Below, one piece after another: positions 10,461 through 22,941 of a DNA stretch of 64,000 nt. The DNA comes from Macrostomum lignano (Eukaryota): the NCBI GenBank assembly GCA_002269645.1, contig NIVC01001062.1:248001-312000 (forward strand), read 5' to 3'. The notes under the pieces were generated by a model. The model was not told the origin of the DNA. It saw only the letters and a list, made by a program, of their open reading frames with translations, and made no database searches. Each line of letters begins with the position of its first letter. The stretch's first letter is position 1. Both the position numbers and the translations under genes were made by a program.

Positions 10461-11900
10461 GCTTATTATGGCTGTAGCCTTTAGTGTCTATGGTAGAAGT
10501 AGCTCTAACTGGCTTTGAAATGGCCGAAATATTATATACTTAACATATACTTAACATTCCATTCAATGATTGTATCTAAACACCGTGCTATTGTTTGACA
10601 ACAAGCATTTTAACCCCTAGTGAAGGAATTAGGATAATCAATCTGATAAAAAATTGCTTTCTCATAGTGTATGGCCAGAAATGCTTTGAGAGGAGTTAAA
10701 ATGGTCATGTTTGAAGTTCAGTCTCAATTCAACCTTTGGGTCCAGTTCTGCAATTATAAAAATGAACATCTATGCCTAAAGACAGTAAATAATTTGCAAG
10801 ATGTACAATTTGAAATACAAACGAGTACTATTGCATGTGCGCATTCGTTTTTGGTAGAGCCAAGGAATTTCCGTGGCTTACACTTGGTAATGCCTTTATT
10901 GTTCTGCCGCATACGCTCGTAGCGCGTGGTCAAAAAAGCTTAGTGCGCGGAGAGCAGACAGGAAGGCTTCTAAAAACATTGACCACTAGCTCTCTCAAAT
11001 AATAATCGAAAGCTTGAGTAAAACGGCTAGCTTTGTAAGTAGCAATATTTTCGTTTTTTGTATCATCAGACTGTTGAATTTTAGTTCAATTGGCACTGTT
11101 GTGTCAAATTTATTAACTGATAGAGTCCTTAAATTAATTCGTTCAAGAGCCAAAAGATCTACCACAAACGACTAGCTTTTTTATACCTTCTAGATTCCTA
11201 AAACTCCAGTGGAAATAAAAAAATAATTGCAATAATTAATAATCATTTATTTTCAACGTAGCCCATTTTTAGCGTGGCCTAGCTACATTAAAGTTTTAGT
11301 TGTAATTCCCGCGGTAACTCCATAGAAATGCCGTGGAATTGAATTAAAAAAAGCTTTCTAAAAATCGAAAAGTAAGTTTCACAAAGACACTAGGCCTCCA
11401 AAGGTTGAAATTTCACATTATCTTTAATATCAACTTAGTTAGACTAAAATTTCGAACTTTTAAAATGAGACACATAAGTCTGCTCTTTAATACTCAAGTG
11501 TCTGTATCATTGATAATATTTATAAGAAATAAACTAGTCGATATAGTCAAGGTGGTCATAATGTTTCAATAACTTAAGTCACTATAACACAAAATAGAAG
11601 CATTTAAGTGGCACCAACTGTTAATTCGAGGGGCCAATTTCAAATCTTCAACCGTATGACCCGAGAAAACTAATTCAGTACTCGTGCTGTACTATAAAAT
11701 AAGCCTAACCAGACGTCCCAAGATCAAGTTCGCGACTCGGGTATTGAAAATTGATCAAAGGGGGGGGGGAATAAACAACGTTTATATTAACAAATGGCCT
11801 CTTAAAAATCATTTCAGACTCGGTTCAGACGCTAGTTCAGTATCGGTTCAGTGCTAGTAATCCGATAACACGTTACACGATTCGCTACCGACAGATTTTA

Positions 11901-13865
11901 ATGGCTAATAACAGGTATAGATTTGTTAGATTGAATGCCTGGCAAGCTACATATCAGTCGTCCTCTTCATCGGAACCGGATCAAAGGCTTGAACGCATCG
12001 ATCAAACTTGTCCGGCAAGTGACGTTCCATGCGCATCAACCAGATTTCAATCCGGTCAAAATTCTGCGAGAACCTGGCGTAACACTGACGCCACAGAATT
12101 TCAACTATTATTTAATCCATTACTAGCAATTGCAACTGACGGATTGTCCAGGCAGAGGGTCTTGCACTCTGACACTCAGCCCAAACAGTTAAAGTCTTTT
12201 AGTTCTCGATCACAGACTGGCAAGTGCAAGAAGTTGCGCTACTACAAAAGCAGAAGCACATCTGACGGCAGAGTATCGCCTGTGCCGCAGACTCTGGACT
12301 TCCGCAATCAGCGATGGGACACGAGTGGAATGCCGGCCTCGATTCCGCAACACCTGTGGGACATGAGACGAGAAGAGAACAGGTGGCAGTCTTTCCACCT
12401 GCCAGATGCCAGCTTCACAGCGGCTCACCTGGTGTCAGTGACGGATCTGGCTGCTGACGGATTCTTCTACCTACAGGAGACGGACAGAGTTAAGTGTGCG
12501 TTCTGCAAGGGTGTGCTCGAGGGCTGGAAGGCTGGCGAACAGGTCCGAGAGGCTCACAGATGCCACTTCCCCACCTGTCCGTTTGTGCTATTCGTCGAGG
12601 TCGGCAACGTGCCTCGAGAGCACAGGGAGCCGGAAGGAGCCTCGAGGTCAGCAAAGCTGGTCGAGGCAGTGCAGTGCAGTGATCAGATCATAGATGAAGC
12701 CGTAGTGATGGTGAACGGAGACTGGAGCATGAAGCTGGTCGCTGAGCTTCCACCGATTGAGGCCGCTCGGCTGAAAGAGTGGGCGCTGGCGTCAAGAGGA
12801 CTTTGTAGTTCAACCTCTGCTGCTGCAGGACGCGTTGTTGATGACGAGCTGGTCGCAGTTGACCTGATAAAGCATCCTCAGCTTCCAGTGTCGAGCGAGG
12901 TAGCGAGATCTGCGTGCTCCGAGAGAGCGCTCACGGAACTGTCTGCTCTGCAGCACAGTCTCGAGAGTGATCCATCGAGTGTGACTGCCAAGCACGTAGA
13001 GTTCAAGACCTACCAAGCGAGGTCGCAGTCTCTGCACTCGTCTCTCGTTCAGCAGCCAGTGTACTTGCTTGCAAAGGCGGGCTTCTTCTACTCGGAAGAC
13101 GAGCGAGCGACCTGCTGCTTCAGCTGTGGACTTCGCGTTAACGACTGGAGCTGCAGCGATGATGTGTGGATTGAGCACGCTAGATGGTCGCCTCGCTGTC
13201 CTCATGTGTTGTTGGAACGAGGCAGCGACTTTGTGCGGACAGTGCACCGACTGTCACCTCCCGTGCAGCACCCGACTTGTGCTGCCTCAGCTCGGCGTCG
13301 CACCGCACTGGTGCAGTCGGGCTCAACTGTATCAGCTAGTTTTGCGACTGTCGACGAGTCCGTTGCCCCTACTGCAGTCCGCAGCAGTCGCGTAGACCAG
13401 TCTCTCGCAGTCACACCTGGAGTCGAGTTCAGAGTCGAGGCCAAAGACATCAATGCCAGAGCCGACCTGCCCGTTTTGAGACTGCTCACTCAGCTCGGAT
13501 TTTCTGCTCTGCAAGTGAAACTGTTCACAGAGCTGCATCTCAGACAGCGAGGCGATGACTTTGCAACATCGGAGCTGTTCCTCGACTTCATGCTCTCCGA
13601 GAGCCGCCGCATGCGCAAGCAGTCGCAGGATCCGGAGGCGTTCTTCGAGAGCAGGATGTCTCAGATTCGGGAGTCTCTGAACCAACAGCCGAGACACCGA
13701 GACACAATCGACTGGAAGATGTGCAAGGTGTGCATGGACAATGAGGTGAACGTCATGCTTCTGGACTGTGGTCATTTAAACATTTGCTCTCTATGTGCCA
13801 ACTCTGTGACCAGCTGCCCAATTTGCAGAGCGTACATTCGCGGTACTGTGTTGATCAAGATTTAG
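11901..13865 (+). CDS. Inhibitor of apoptosis protein (2 BIR, UBA-like, C-terminal RING), single exon, up to 654 aa; start codon uncertain
   Basis: BIR1 is GFFY..DRVKCAFC..W......EAH....PTCPFV. BIR2 is AGFFY......CCFSC..NDW..DD.W.EHARWSPRC. UBA-like segment LTQLGFS...GDDF. RING is CKVC...CGH..C..C....CPICR at the C-terminus. Confidence 0.93.
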   Translation: MANNRYRFVRLNAWQATYQSSSSSEPDQRLERIDQTCPASDVPCASTRFQSGQNSARTWRNTDATEFQLLFNPLLAIATDGLSRQRVLHSDTQPKQLKSFSSRSQTGKCKKLRYYKSRSTSDGRVSPVPQTLDFRNQRWDTSGMPASIPQHLWDMRREENRWQSFHLPDASFTAAHLVSVTDLAADGFFYLQETDRVKCAFCKGVLEGWKAGEQVREAHRCHFPTCPFVLFVEVGNVPREHREPEGASRSAKLVEAVQCSDQIIDEAVVMVNGDWSMKLVAELPPIEAARLKEWALASRGLCSSTSAAAGRVVDDELVAVDLIKHPQLPVSSEVARSACSERALTELSALQHSLESDPSSVTAKHVEFKTYQARSQSLHSSLVQQPVYLLAKAGFFYSEDERATCCFSCGLRVNDWSCSDDVWIEHARWSPRCPHVLLERGSDFVRTVHRLSPPVQHPTCAASARRRTALVQSGSTVSASFATVDESVAPTAVRSSRVDQSLAVTPGVEFRVEAKDINARADLPVLRLLTQLGFSALQVKLFTELHLRQRGDDFATSELFLDFMLSESRRMRKQSQDPEAFFESRMSQIRESLNQQPRHRDTIDWKMCKVCMDNEVNVMLLDCGHLNICSLCANSVTSCPICRAYIRGTVLIKI

Positions 13866-14855
13866 CAAAAGTAATTATTTTATACGAGCGTATGACAACT
13901 TTACATAGATATTTTATATAGTACTCCAAGCTCATGGTTTATTTGTGTTTTTTTAATAATGAAGTACGAGACGTATTTCTATAGCTAACATAAATGCGCA
14001 TTACGTGTATATATGCGATGTAAACATCCTCTGATGTCGGGTCGAGCTGCTTCCGTTGGACTCAGTGTAGCTCTGATACCGCAATATACCCTTAATTATT
14101 AAATTTAACACCAGTTTTGATACTCGTAATTAGTTCGTTTTTTCAAAACACTAAGATAAACACGAATACGTGTATGAATTTCATCAGCTTGTGTTATTGA
14201 CACTTTCGCCTTGATCTTGCAAGTGCATTGTATTGCATTCCCAGTGCGTCGTTTTCAGTATCTGTTTTTTTACACATATTGATGCTCATCTATTTTTATC
14301 GCGTATGAAGATATTTTTATCGAAGTTAATAAATAAATTTTTGTTAATTATTAAGTGCCTGACTTGTCTACTTGCCTATACAACCATTTAAATTTGATAT
14401 AAATTGCAATTATAGTAGTCATTCCATTCTTTGAGATGTCTTCAGCCCCGTTCTGAGTATAAGCCACAAAATTGGTTTCACTACATGGCGTTGTGATGGC
14501 GTCAGTTTTATTCAAAACTAGAAGGGTAAGCATATCGCATACTATATTAAATGTTTAATACTTCTTTTCACTGTAGTTCTCTTTTGCAAGTTTGTCTAAC
14601 CGCAAAGCAGCGTACATGTCAAACAAATTCAAGCTGAATTCATCCGGCGCATATTAATCCTTTAGTTTACACATACTCCATGCGCGGTCGACCGAAAGCA
14701 TCTAAAATTGTACCTCAGGGTGGCAAAATTTAGTCACATTTGGCTGCACGAACAGCATCAAGGCCAGTGCAATGCTTGCAGTTAGTATATAGTCAGTCAT
14801 GAAATAAACTGACACACATTGCCACTTGAAAAGCTACCAGAAGAAGCAGCGAATC

Positions 14856-16433
14856 ATGAATTCGGAAACCTCTTCTGACACTGAGCTGTGCGTCATCTGC
14901 GGCGAACCGGCTCTAGGCTTGGGTCCGTTCTCTCGCTGCCAACTGTGCGATCATCACCTCAAAATTGATTTAGCGGACGCCTACAAGCTGCAACAGTCTG
15001 TTGCTGATGAACTCGACGCCTACTCGAAAGATGTCGCTAATGACTTGGCGGTGGAATCTGACGAACTTGAAAAACACCTGCTGGAGGTTCAGCTGACGCT
15101 CGCCTCTGTACAGCGAGACGTGCAAGAGTACTGTACCCGATTGGCGGAGCAGTATCGGAAGCGCCTTGAGGCTGTTCATGTTTGCCAGCGGAACCTCGAG
15201 GATGTCTGCAGCTACACCGAGGAGGTGGCCACAGCGGAGAAGGCGGACAGCATTGCCGAGGTGGTTCAGCTGGCCGAATCCATGCAGCTGTCGCTTCCAG
15301 ATTTGAAGTCGGACTTTGAAGTTGCGAAGCGGCTGCGTTCGAAGGCCGACGGCGCCGAGCTGCAGTTGCGACGCCTTCGGCAGCTCAAGCGACTGGTTGG
15401 CAACGCGCTAGCTGGCGCCGAGTTGATAGACGTTACGACGGACACTTCGAGCGACTCTGAATCCGCAGTGGTGCCACTGAGAAAAAACTATTATCCTACC
15501 ACCGATTCAATGAAGCATGAGATTAATAAATCGACTGGTTCGATTATAATTACTCATATAGTGGAGCCAGACGGCTGGGTGCACTGGCTGGACGTGTGCA
15601 GCGACACCAGCGGATTCGTTGCTAACCGTTCAGGTCGCATTGTACCCGCCGAGTCAGCTGATTTTGGTAGTGAAGCTCTGTCCCAACAGTGTGTGTTTGC
15701 AGTCCTGTCTGACAAAGAGTATTTGTTTGTCTTTTCGATGCATAGTTCGCGGTGTTTCCGATGCTATTGTCCGATTAATTGGAGAAAGCTTGTCTGGGGT
15801 CTGCACTGCGACCGTCAGCAGTTGTTCATCGCTCAGCCAGATGTAGTGACTGTAGCAGACCTGAGCGGTCGGATTCGTTTTCAAATTAAGACAGACGTGA
15901 ACAACTTTGGAGACGTCTGGGGCATCGGCGGCAACGCAGCCTTCGTGTTTGTATCCAGCGGCAACAAGATTGCTGCATTCGACAAGTTGCGATTCGAATT
16001 CCAGTTCATCATTACGCTGAGGGAATTCCCCGACGCAGACTTGTACAACATGACATGCCTGCATGACTGCATTCTTGTGGCTGACAAGCATCACAACATG
16101 GTGCACCGAGTGTCCATTGAAAACAGACAGCTCGTGACATCCTTTCCGATTAAGGGTGCTAGCGGCATGGCTCAGTTTACTTATCCGTACGACGTGGTCG
16201 TCGACAGCAGAGGCCGCCTGTTCGTCAGCGAATTCCGCAGTCACTCAGTGCGAGTGGTGGACGCTGAAAGCGGCTCACTGCTGCAGACCCTAGGAGTGCC
16301 GGGCGAGAGCGGCAGCGGAGACGGCAAATTCTGCTGTCCATGCGGTCTAGCGGTGCTGACAGGAGGCACGCGCGACCAGCTGATGGTAGCTGATCGCAAT
16401 AATAAGCGACTTCTAGTATTCAACATCGGGTGA
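14856..16433 (+). CDS. TRIM-NHL-like protein (Cys/His zinc region, coiled coil, NHL beta-propeller), single exon, 525 aa
   Basis: First ATG is at 14856. CVIC...CQLCDHH is followed by a heptad-rich region and then NHL-type repeats (FTYPYDVVVDSRGRLFVSE, GKFCCPCGLAV, LMVADRNNKRL). Confidence 0.8.
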   Translation: MNSETSSDTELCVICGEPALGLGPFSRCQLCDHHLKIDLADAYKLQQSVADELDAYSKDVANDLAVESDELEKHLLEVQLTLASVQRDVQEYCTRLAEQYRKRLEAVHVCQRNLEDVCSYTEEVATAEKADSIAEVVQLAESMQLSLPDLKSDFEVAKRLRSKADGAELQLRRLRQLKRLVGNALAGAELIDVTTDTSSDSESAVVPLRKNYYPTTDSMKHEINKSTGSIIITHIVEPDGWVHWLDVCSDTSGFVANRSGRIVPAESADFGSEALSQQCVFAVLSDKEYLFVFSMHSSRCFRCYCPINWRKLVWGLHCDRQQLFIAQPDVVTVADLSGRIRFQIKTDVNNFGDVWGIGGNAAFVFVSSGNKIAAFDKLRFEFQFIITLREFPDADLYNMTCLHDCILVADKHHNMVHRVSIENRQLVTSFPIKGASGMAQFTYPYDVVVDSRGRLFVSEFRSHSVRVVDAESGSLLQTLGVPGESGSGDGKFCCPCGLAVLTGGTRDQLMVADRNNKRLLVFNIG

Positions 16434-17684
16434 AGTCAGACAACTAGCTACTGTACATTTTCGTATTATTGCTGATGCTGATACAAGACAATCAAGTTGA
16501 TCAAATGGAGATGCCAGCTTCATTTTTAATCAAAATTGTTAATAGCTAATCATTTTTATTCAACTATCAAGCATACAACTTATTGGCTATGTTGCCCATA
16601 TGGTCGAGTGCTGCAGAAGTGAACGGGGATTGGTTATTAAACTTGACTGATGAAAGCGAATTGAAAGCCCCACTTCCAAAATAATATTTTTTAAAGCTGA
16701 TGATTGTCAGTTAATTTCTTGCTTCTTGTATACTTTTATTTATATTTATGATGAAAATATTGGCAGGACGAAGCCGAATTCTAATTGTTTCACTTTATGT
16801 TAATGGAACGTGTATAGCTAGCTACATGTAGATAAACATGACCGTTAGTAAACAGGGATTTGTCTCGGTAAGTAAAAACGGGGGAGACTATCGATCCAGT
16901 CAGATATATTAGCCAATAATTGAGCATAATTGAGCATTAAGTTTTAACTTTTAAAATAATAAAATATAGCTCGCATAGCCGCGTAGCTAAATATTAAGAC
17001 GAATACAATTTTTACAGTAAATAGACCACAACACATTCGATGGAATTAACAACAGAAATACGCATCTATAGCAATCAGTGAATTTTTTCAATCAACGATT
17101 TGAACGACTTCAAGATATTTTAAGGCATTGACATAACTCATCGACTTTAGACAAAATTTTGTTACAATTCGAAAATGAGGCTATATAAGGGGACGTTATC
17201 GAAAACTGAAATTATCATGGTAGCTAATTAGTAACAACTAGAAAATTTGAAAACAGTGTAAAATTTGTAAAAATCTGAAAAGATTGAAAGTAAAAACAAG
17301 GAATTCACATTAAATAAAAAAATAGCTAGCTAATCAAAATGTGCTAGCAATCCCGAAGGATATCCCAATGAAAGACCCTCTGTTAGGTAGAAACAAATTA
17401 ATTTTAATTAGGAAGTTTTCAGTCCAAGGGACTGATGTGGTCGCCACACTCCCTCACTAACCCAAGCTGTTGCTGGCACCCATTTTAAAATTGAATTATA
17501 AATATCTTTACAGTACTTGTGAGGTCCCAGTTGCTGATTAACACTGAATTTACATAGCGAATTGCGTAAAACGCCATTGCAAGCTTTTTTTCAGGCTAAA
17601 ATGTCAATATAATGTGGCAGTTAAACTCATGGACAACTAAAATGCTCTTAGAAATACGCTGCACTATAATAATCAATAGCTAGA

Positions 17685-20600
17685 CTAATCAATTGACTGG
17701 TATCGAAAAGAATCCTTAAACCAGACGTCACCTCTCAGTTGGTTAATCTCAGAGGGCAAGTTAAATATTGGTTCGAATTCCGGACCGTAGGCAAAAAACG
17801 GACGCCTGCCCAGTTCGTGTCTGACCATATTTAGCATGGCGCACAGATGGCTCCTTTCGTAGTTCCTTCTGATCACATTGCACAGGGTTTGAATGTACGG
17901 GCTGCCTTTATCTGTGATCCGGATTGCCTTATCACCCTTGGTGACAGCGTACGCGATGAGAAAGTCCATTTTGCTTGAACTGACCCTGCCGTATTGGGAG
18001 CTACGGAGTAGCTGCGCAGAACTTTGACTGCCGGATGAACTCCTTGAGCCTTCGATTATTCGACATCCCTGGATAAAGAACAGCTTCGGCTTATTCTGGA
18101 GCGATTTGCAGTCGTAGAACGGGCTTATGACGTCATCCAGCTCGACATAGTTGCCATCTGAGCCCAACAATTTATCGTATTTGCCGTGCGACATGATAAA
18201 GGCCACAAAGCAGTCAAATTTTGTGTGACGATCGCTGGTGGCGAGTTTCCGAACCAGAGCCAGAAGTTTGTTGGCGTTCTTGTCTCTGTGCACCTGTACT
18301 TCAAAATTTAGCGTCTCTCTGAACAGGCTCTCCAGACGATTAACATCCTGCTGCGAGCCAGTGCGAGTTTGAGAGTCGTCGACAAACTTCTCGTTGTTGA
18401 TAATGAGGCAGATCCCGCGAGGCTTGCTGCGCATCGTGTACTGATAGCCGCGTATCGGTGGCACCACACTCGAATTCTGGCTCGAATAGTCCGGTTCGAA
18501 TAGTTCAAAACGGCCTGAATGAGTACCTCCGAAATCGAAATCAAGCCTGCGTCCTCTGCGCGCTGGTCTACTGGAGTAGGTAGTAGAAGGTTATTAAGCA
18601 ATAGTAAACGACTTTAAAAGCCTCATTTCTATACGAGCTAGGCCATTATACCTTCGTTCAGCATAGAAAACACCTTGCATTAATTCAAGATTTCCACGTG
18701 TCAACTATCAAAAATTCTGCACAAACACAACTCTGCTTAGCAGTCTTCCATCCTTAGAAGGCTCAAGTTTACTAGTGTTGTACTACACTCAATGGCACCG
18801 TCACAATAATTTTTCAACTTATTAATTTTGAAGACACATTTTAAAGTCCAAACCTTGTTGGAGCTGCATGGGCTGCCCAGGTACGATGCCTTTGGCCATC
18901 GAGCTGCAGCAGCACCTCAGTTGCGGCTGTCCGATTTGCCCGCACAGCAAGTTCCATTGCGTCGCCTTGGGAGCTTCTGTGGTAGATACTGGCCCCGTAG
19001 TTAGCCAGCAGTTTCAGCATGTCCGCATGGCCCTTGACGGCCGCTAGGGTAAACGCAGTGTTGCGGTTTTTTCTAGAGCTTGTCTCCAGCTCTAAATTGG
19101 CGTTGCGTTTAATCAACAGTTCGGCAAGCTCTTGAAGATTCTCCTGGGCGCAAAAGTGCAAAGCGCTAAATCCATCTGCCTCCTGGTTGTTGACGCTGGC
19201 CCTTCTATCCAGCAGAAGTACGGCGATAGCCCGACGATTCAACCAGGCGGCTCGAATCAACGGAGTCCGGCTGTCGGAGCTCTTGGCGTTGATGTCAATG
19301 GATGTCTGGTCCAGTAGGATCTTAGCGACTCGGCGGCTGTCCTGCTGCACCGCGATGTGCAACGCCGTGACGCCCAGATCCTGCTGCGCGACGTTGGGAT
19401 CCGCGCCTCGATCCAGCAGCAGCCTGCAGGTGGCCTCGTCATCGTTCCAGGCGGCCGCCATCAGGACGGTCCAGCCCGGGTCCTGCCTAATCCGCTCGTT
19501 GATGCGTCGCTGTAGGGCGCCGCCGCTGGACTCGAGCAAGTAGCGCACCTTTCTCGTATTGCCGTCCATTGCAGCTTTGAAAACCTTCGATATGGTCAGC
19601 TCGTCGGTGTTTTGCGTCGATTTTGACCTGTTTGAAATAGATTCGAGTAAATGGTGGTTTTTTGGGATAAGATGGGTATTTCAGCATCTTGGTCAAGGTC
19701 TTTGTACAGTAGTATATAAAGTCTTTTCATTTCAGCAGGCTCTAGTTGGTGGTTCAAAATATTTAAGGTCTATTTTTTAAACGGGGTCGCTTCACAAGCT
19801 CAAAATTTCACAACCTCGAAAATTTTAGCAGCTTGTGAAATCGCCTGCTAAAATGGTTTTCGAGGTTGTGAAATTTCGAGCTTATGAAGTCGCTTGCTAA
19901 AATTTTCGAGGATATGAAATTTCGAGCTTGTAAAAGCAACCCCCCCCGTGTTGCTTTTACAAGCTCAAAACAAAACGAAACACAAGCTTCACAAGGTTCT
20001 ATGATTAAAACTACGGTCTATGGCTAAGCAATAAGGTATGGTTAAAACTAGTTTCTATGGTAAAACTATGGTCTATGATTAAAACTAGCCAGAGTCAGAG
20101 CTGAACCATTGCGACTAACAACTCCACCGCGCTAGCCTGTATACAGTCTCACATGAGCTCCAACACGACGTTAACCGCGTCTAACTGACGTGCCCGTTTG
20201 GCCTCGTCGCAGATCTGCGGCAGCCATTCGTTGCCGGCCCATTGAGCGTCCAACTGCAGAAGCCGTCTTAGCATTGGCCTCAGGACGTCGAGATGACCGC
20301 GGACAGCTGCGAGCTTGACCGGGCAGAGCGGACTGCCGTTGCCGCCGCCGCCGCCGCTGTTCATCAACTCGTTGAAGCCTGCCCGGCTGACCAGCAACTC
20401 GACCAACGGCCTTGCCGAGTCGAAATCTGCGCAGAAATGAAGCGGCGTCGAACCCCAGGCGTCTCTTATGGACAGCTTGGCGCCGGCGTGCAGCAGCTGG
20501 CTGACGCAGGCCTCGCTCCCGGCTTGGACTGCCGCGTGCAGGGCGGTCGTCTGGCTGGAATTCGTCGACCGAAGATTGACGTGCAAACTGGCGTTACTGC

Positions 20601-21821
20601 TGCGATCTCTTCTGATTGCTTCTAGAAGCAGTTTTAGCGCTTCCGGTTTATCCAATCCAGCTGCTAGCATCAGCGGTGTCTGACCCGTTGTCCGGTCCAT
20701 CGCGATCGCCTGATTGACGCCTTCGCCATCGCTCAGCAAGATGTTTCGAACTCGGTCGAGCCTGTCGCTTCGGATCGCTTTGGTGAGGCTGAGTTGCTTG
20801 GATCGCTTTTGCCTATTGGTGGCGGTAAAAGGTGTAAATGAGGTCGTGCTGCTTGTTTTTAGATTTAAGTTTTTACACTTCCTAGTGAACTCCACCAGGC
20901 CCTTTTGTCCTTTCCGTACTCTTTTCATCAGGAGGCTCCTTGATGATTGACTCACCTCCCGCCAACAACTCTCCAGCTCTTCAACAGGCTGAGCAGTTCA
21001 GGCGAAGCCGGCACGCCTGCCATTTTCACTTGGTCCAAAGCTGTGCAACCCTCGCTATTTACCAGATTTGGATCGGCGCCGCTCGCGTGCAGCAGTCGCA
21101 GCATCTCAACGTGACCATTCAGAGCAGCTAAAGCAAACGCTGTGCTACTCTTGAACTCGGGCCTGGCTGTCCGATTGACCAGTTCATGTGGCGCTTTAGC
21201 CAGAATGCGCTTAGCAATCTCGCGTCTGTCCAGCTGGGCGCAAAGGTGCAACGCGGTGAAGCCGCTCTTTGAGGCCAGGTCAAGCCTGGCGCCACGATCG
21301 ATGAGCAGGCAAGCCAGCTGGACGCTGTTCTCAAACACCGACTTCATCAGAGCGGTGAATCCTTGCTGGCTACTCTGCTGGTTCAGCTGGATGTTCCTAT
21401 GGTCCAGCAGCAGTTTTGCTAGTTCGATGTGACCAAAATCGACGCAGATCATCAATGCGGTGACGTCATTCTTAGCCAACAAGTTCACATTGGCGCCAGC
21501 GTTCAACAGTAGTTTAGCGACGCTAAATAAATTCTGCCTGGCGCAAATGTGCAACGCGCCGAGCCCCGAGCTGTCGCGATGGTCCAGCGGAGACTTCCGT
21601 TCAATCAGCAGCCGGCAGATGTTTACATTTTCGCCATTGGTTGAAGCCGCGGCAGCCATCAGTAGGCTCCTGTTGCGGTCATTTTTGTTGATCCAGCCGG
21701 GTGACAAGCCCTCGCTGAGGTAGCCTCGAACTCTACTATAATCACCTTTTCTACAGGCTTCGTAAAGTTTGTAGTAGAGCTGCTGTTCATTAGGCGCTTT
21801 GGATGCGGATGCAGCTGCCAT
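17685..21821 (-). CDS. Ankyrin-repeat caspase: roughly 17-20 ANK repeats fused to a C-terminal peptidase C14 domain, 4 exons, about 1061 aa
   Basis: Exons 21821-20956, 20812-20153, 19627-18854 and 18570-17685 (3186 nt). Donors AG|gtgagt, AT|gtgaga, AG|gtttgg; acceptors aatag|, aaacag|, ctccag|; all three introns are phase 2. The caspase frame has no upstream ATG and meets a stop just 5' of its acceptor. Caspase motifs: RGICLIINN, TRTGS..D, FIMSHG, KPKLFFIQGCR, DFLIAYA, GSPYIQTLC. Confidence 0.8.
19781..19966. repeat. Foldback / nested inverted repeats in intron 2 of the ANK-caspase gene
   Basis: An imperfect stem of about 40 bp (about 19795-19831 against 19845-19885) and a perfect 17-bp stem GAGCTTGTAAAAGCAAC (19924-19940 / 19950-19966) with a 9-nt loop. 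Confidence 0.8.
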
Positions 21822-22225
21822 CTTCTGGTCAAGTCTGATTGTTTAGTCAACAGCTAAGCAAAAATATGCGATTAAGCTTGGTTGGTTTTCTTAACTTAGA
21901 CCTTGGCTGCAAGTCTCTATACCGCGAGATAAAATCAGAAATGTACGAATATAAATTTCTTGGAATTACTTGGCCCTGCAGCTAAGTCGACACTAACAGA
22001 GAGAGATAGGGAGAGAGAGAGCGAGTGAGCAAAAGCTATTTACATGCACACGCTTAGTCAATCGTAATAGCGTCGCATTAATACCGTTGCATTTGTATCG
22101 CTAGGCATATAGAAGTTCCCCTTTCTCAGTATTGCATGTACATGTATTGCTTGGAAATTCAAAGCATGATCTGCGATAGTTTATGAGTTAAATCAGCTTA
22201 ACTATATACTTACAATACGCAATTG

Positions 22226-22941
<716 letters not shown>

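Noticed and set aside
12210-16426. Antisense and off-frame ORFs overlapping the IAP and NHL genes (and likewise the ANK, TRP, RBR and Nup133 exons)
   Set aside because: Expected shadows of GC-rich coding sequence with no independent domain signal.
16647-16666. Hammerhead ribozyme core CTGATGA...GAAA
   Set aside because: Stem II is only 2 bp, and I could not form stems I and III with a valid NUH cleavage site.
17685-18467. Stand-alone short-prodomain effector caspase starting at GTG 18467
   Set aside because: The frame is open and ATG-less for 34 more codons to a phase-matched acceptor at 18571, which favours splicing to the ANK exons. Not fully excluded.
21810-21821. IAP-binding motif at the ANK-caspase N-terminus
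   Set aside because: AAAS after Met removal does not fit the A-[VTI]-[PA]-[hydrophobic] consensus.
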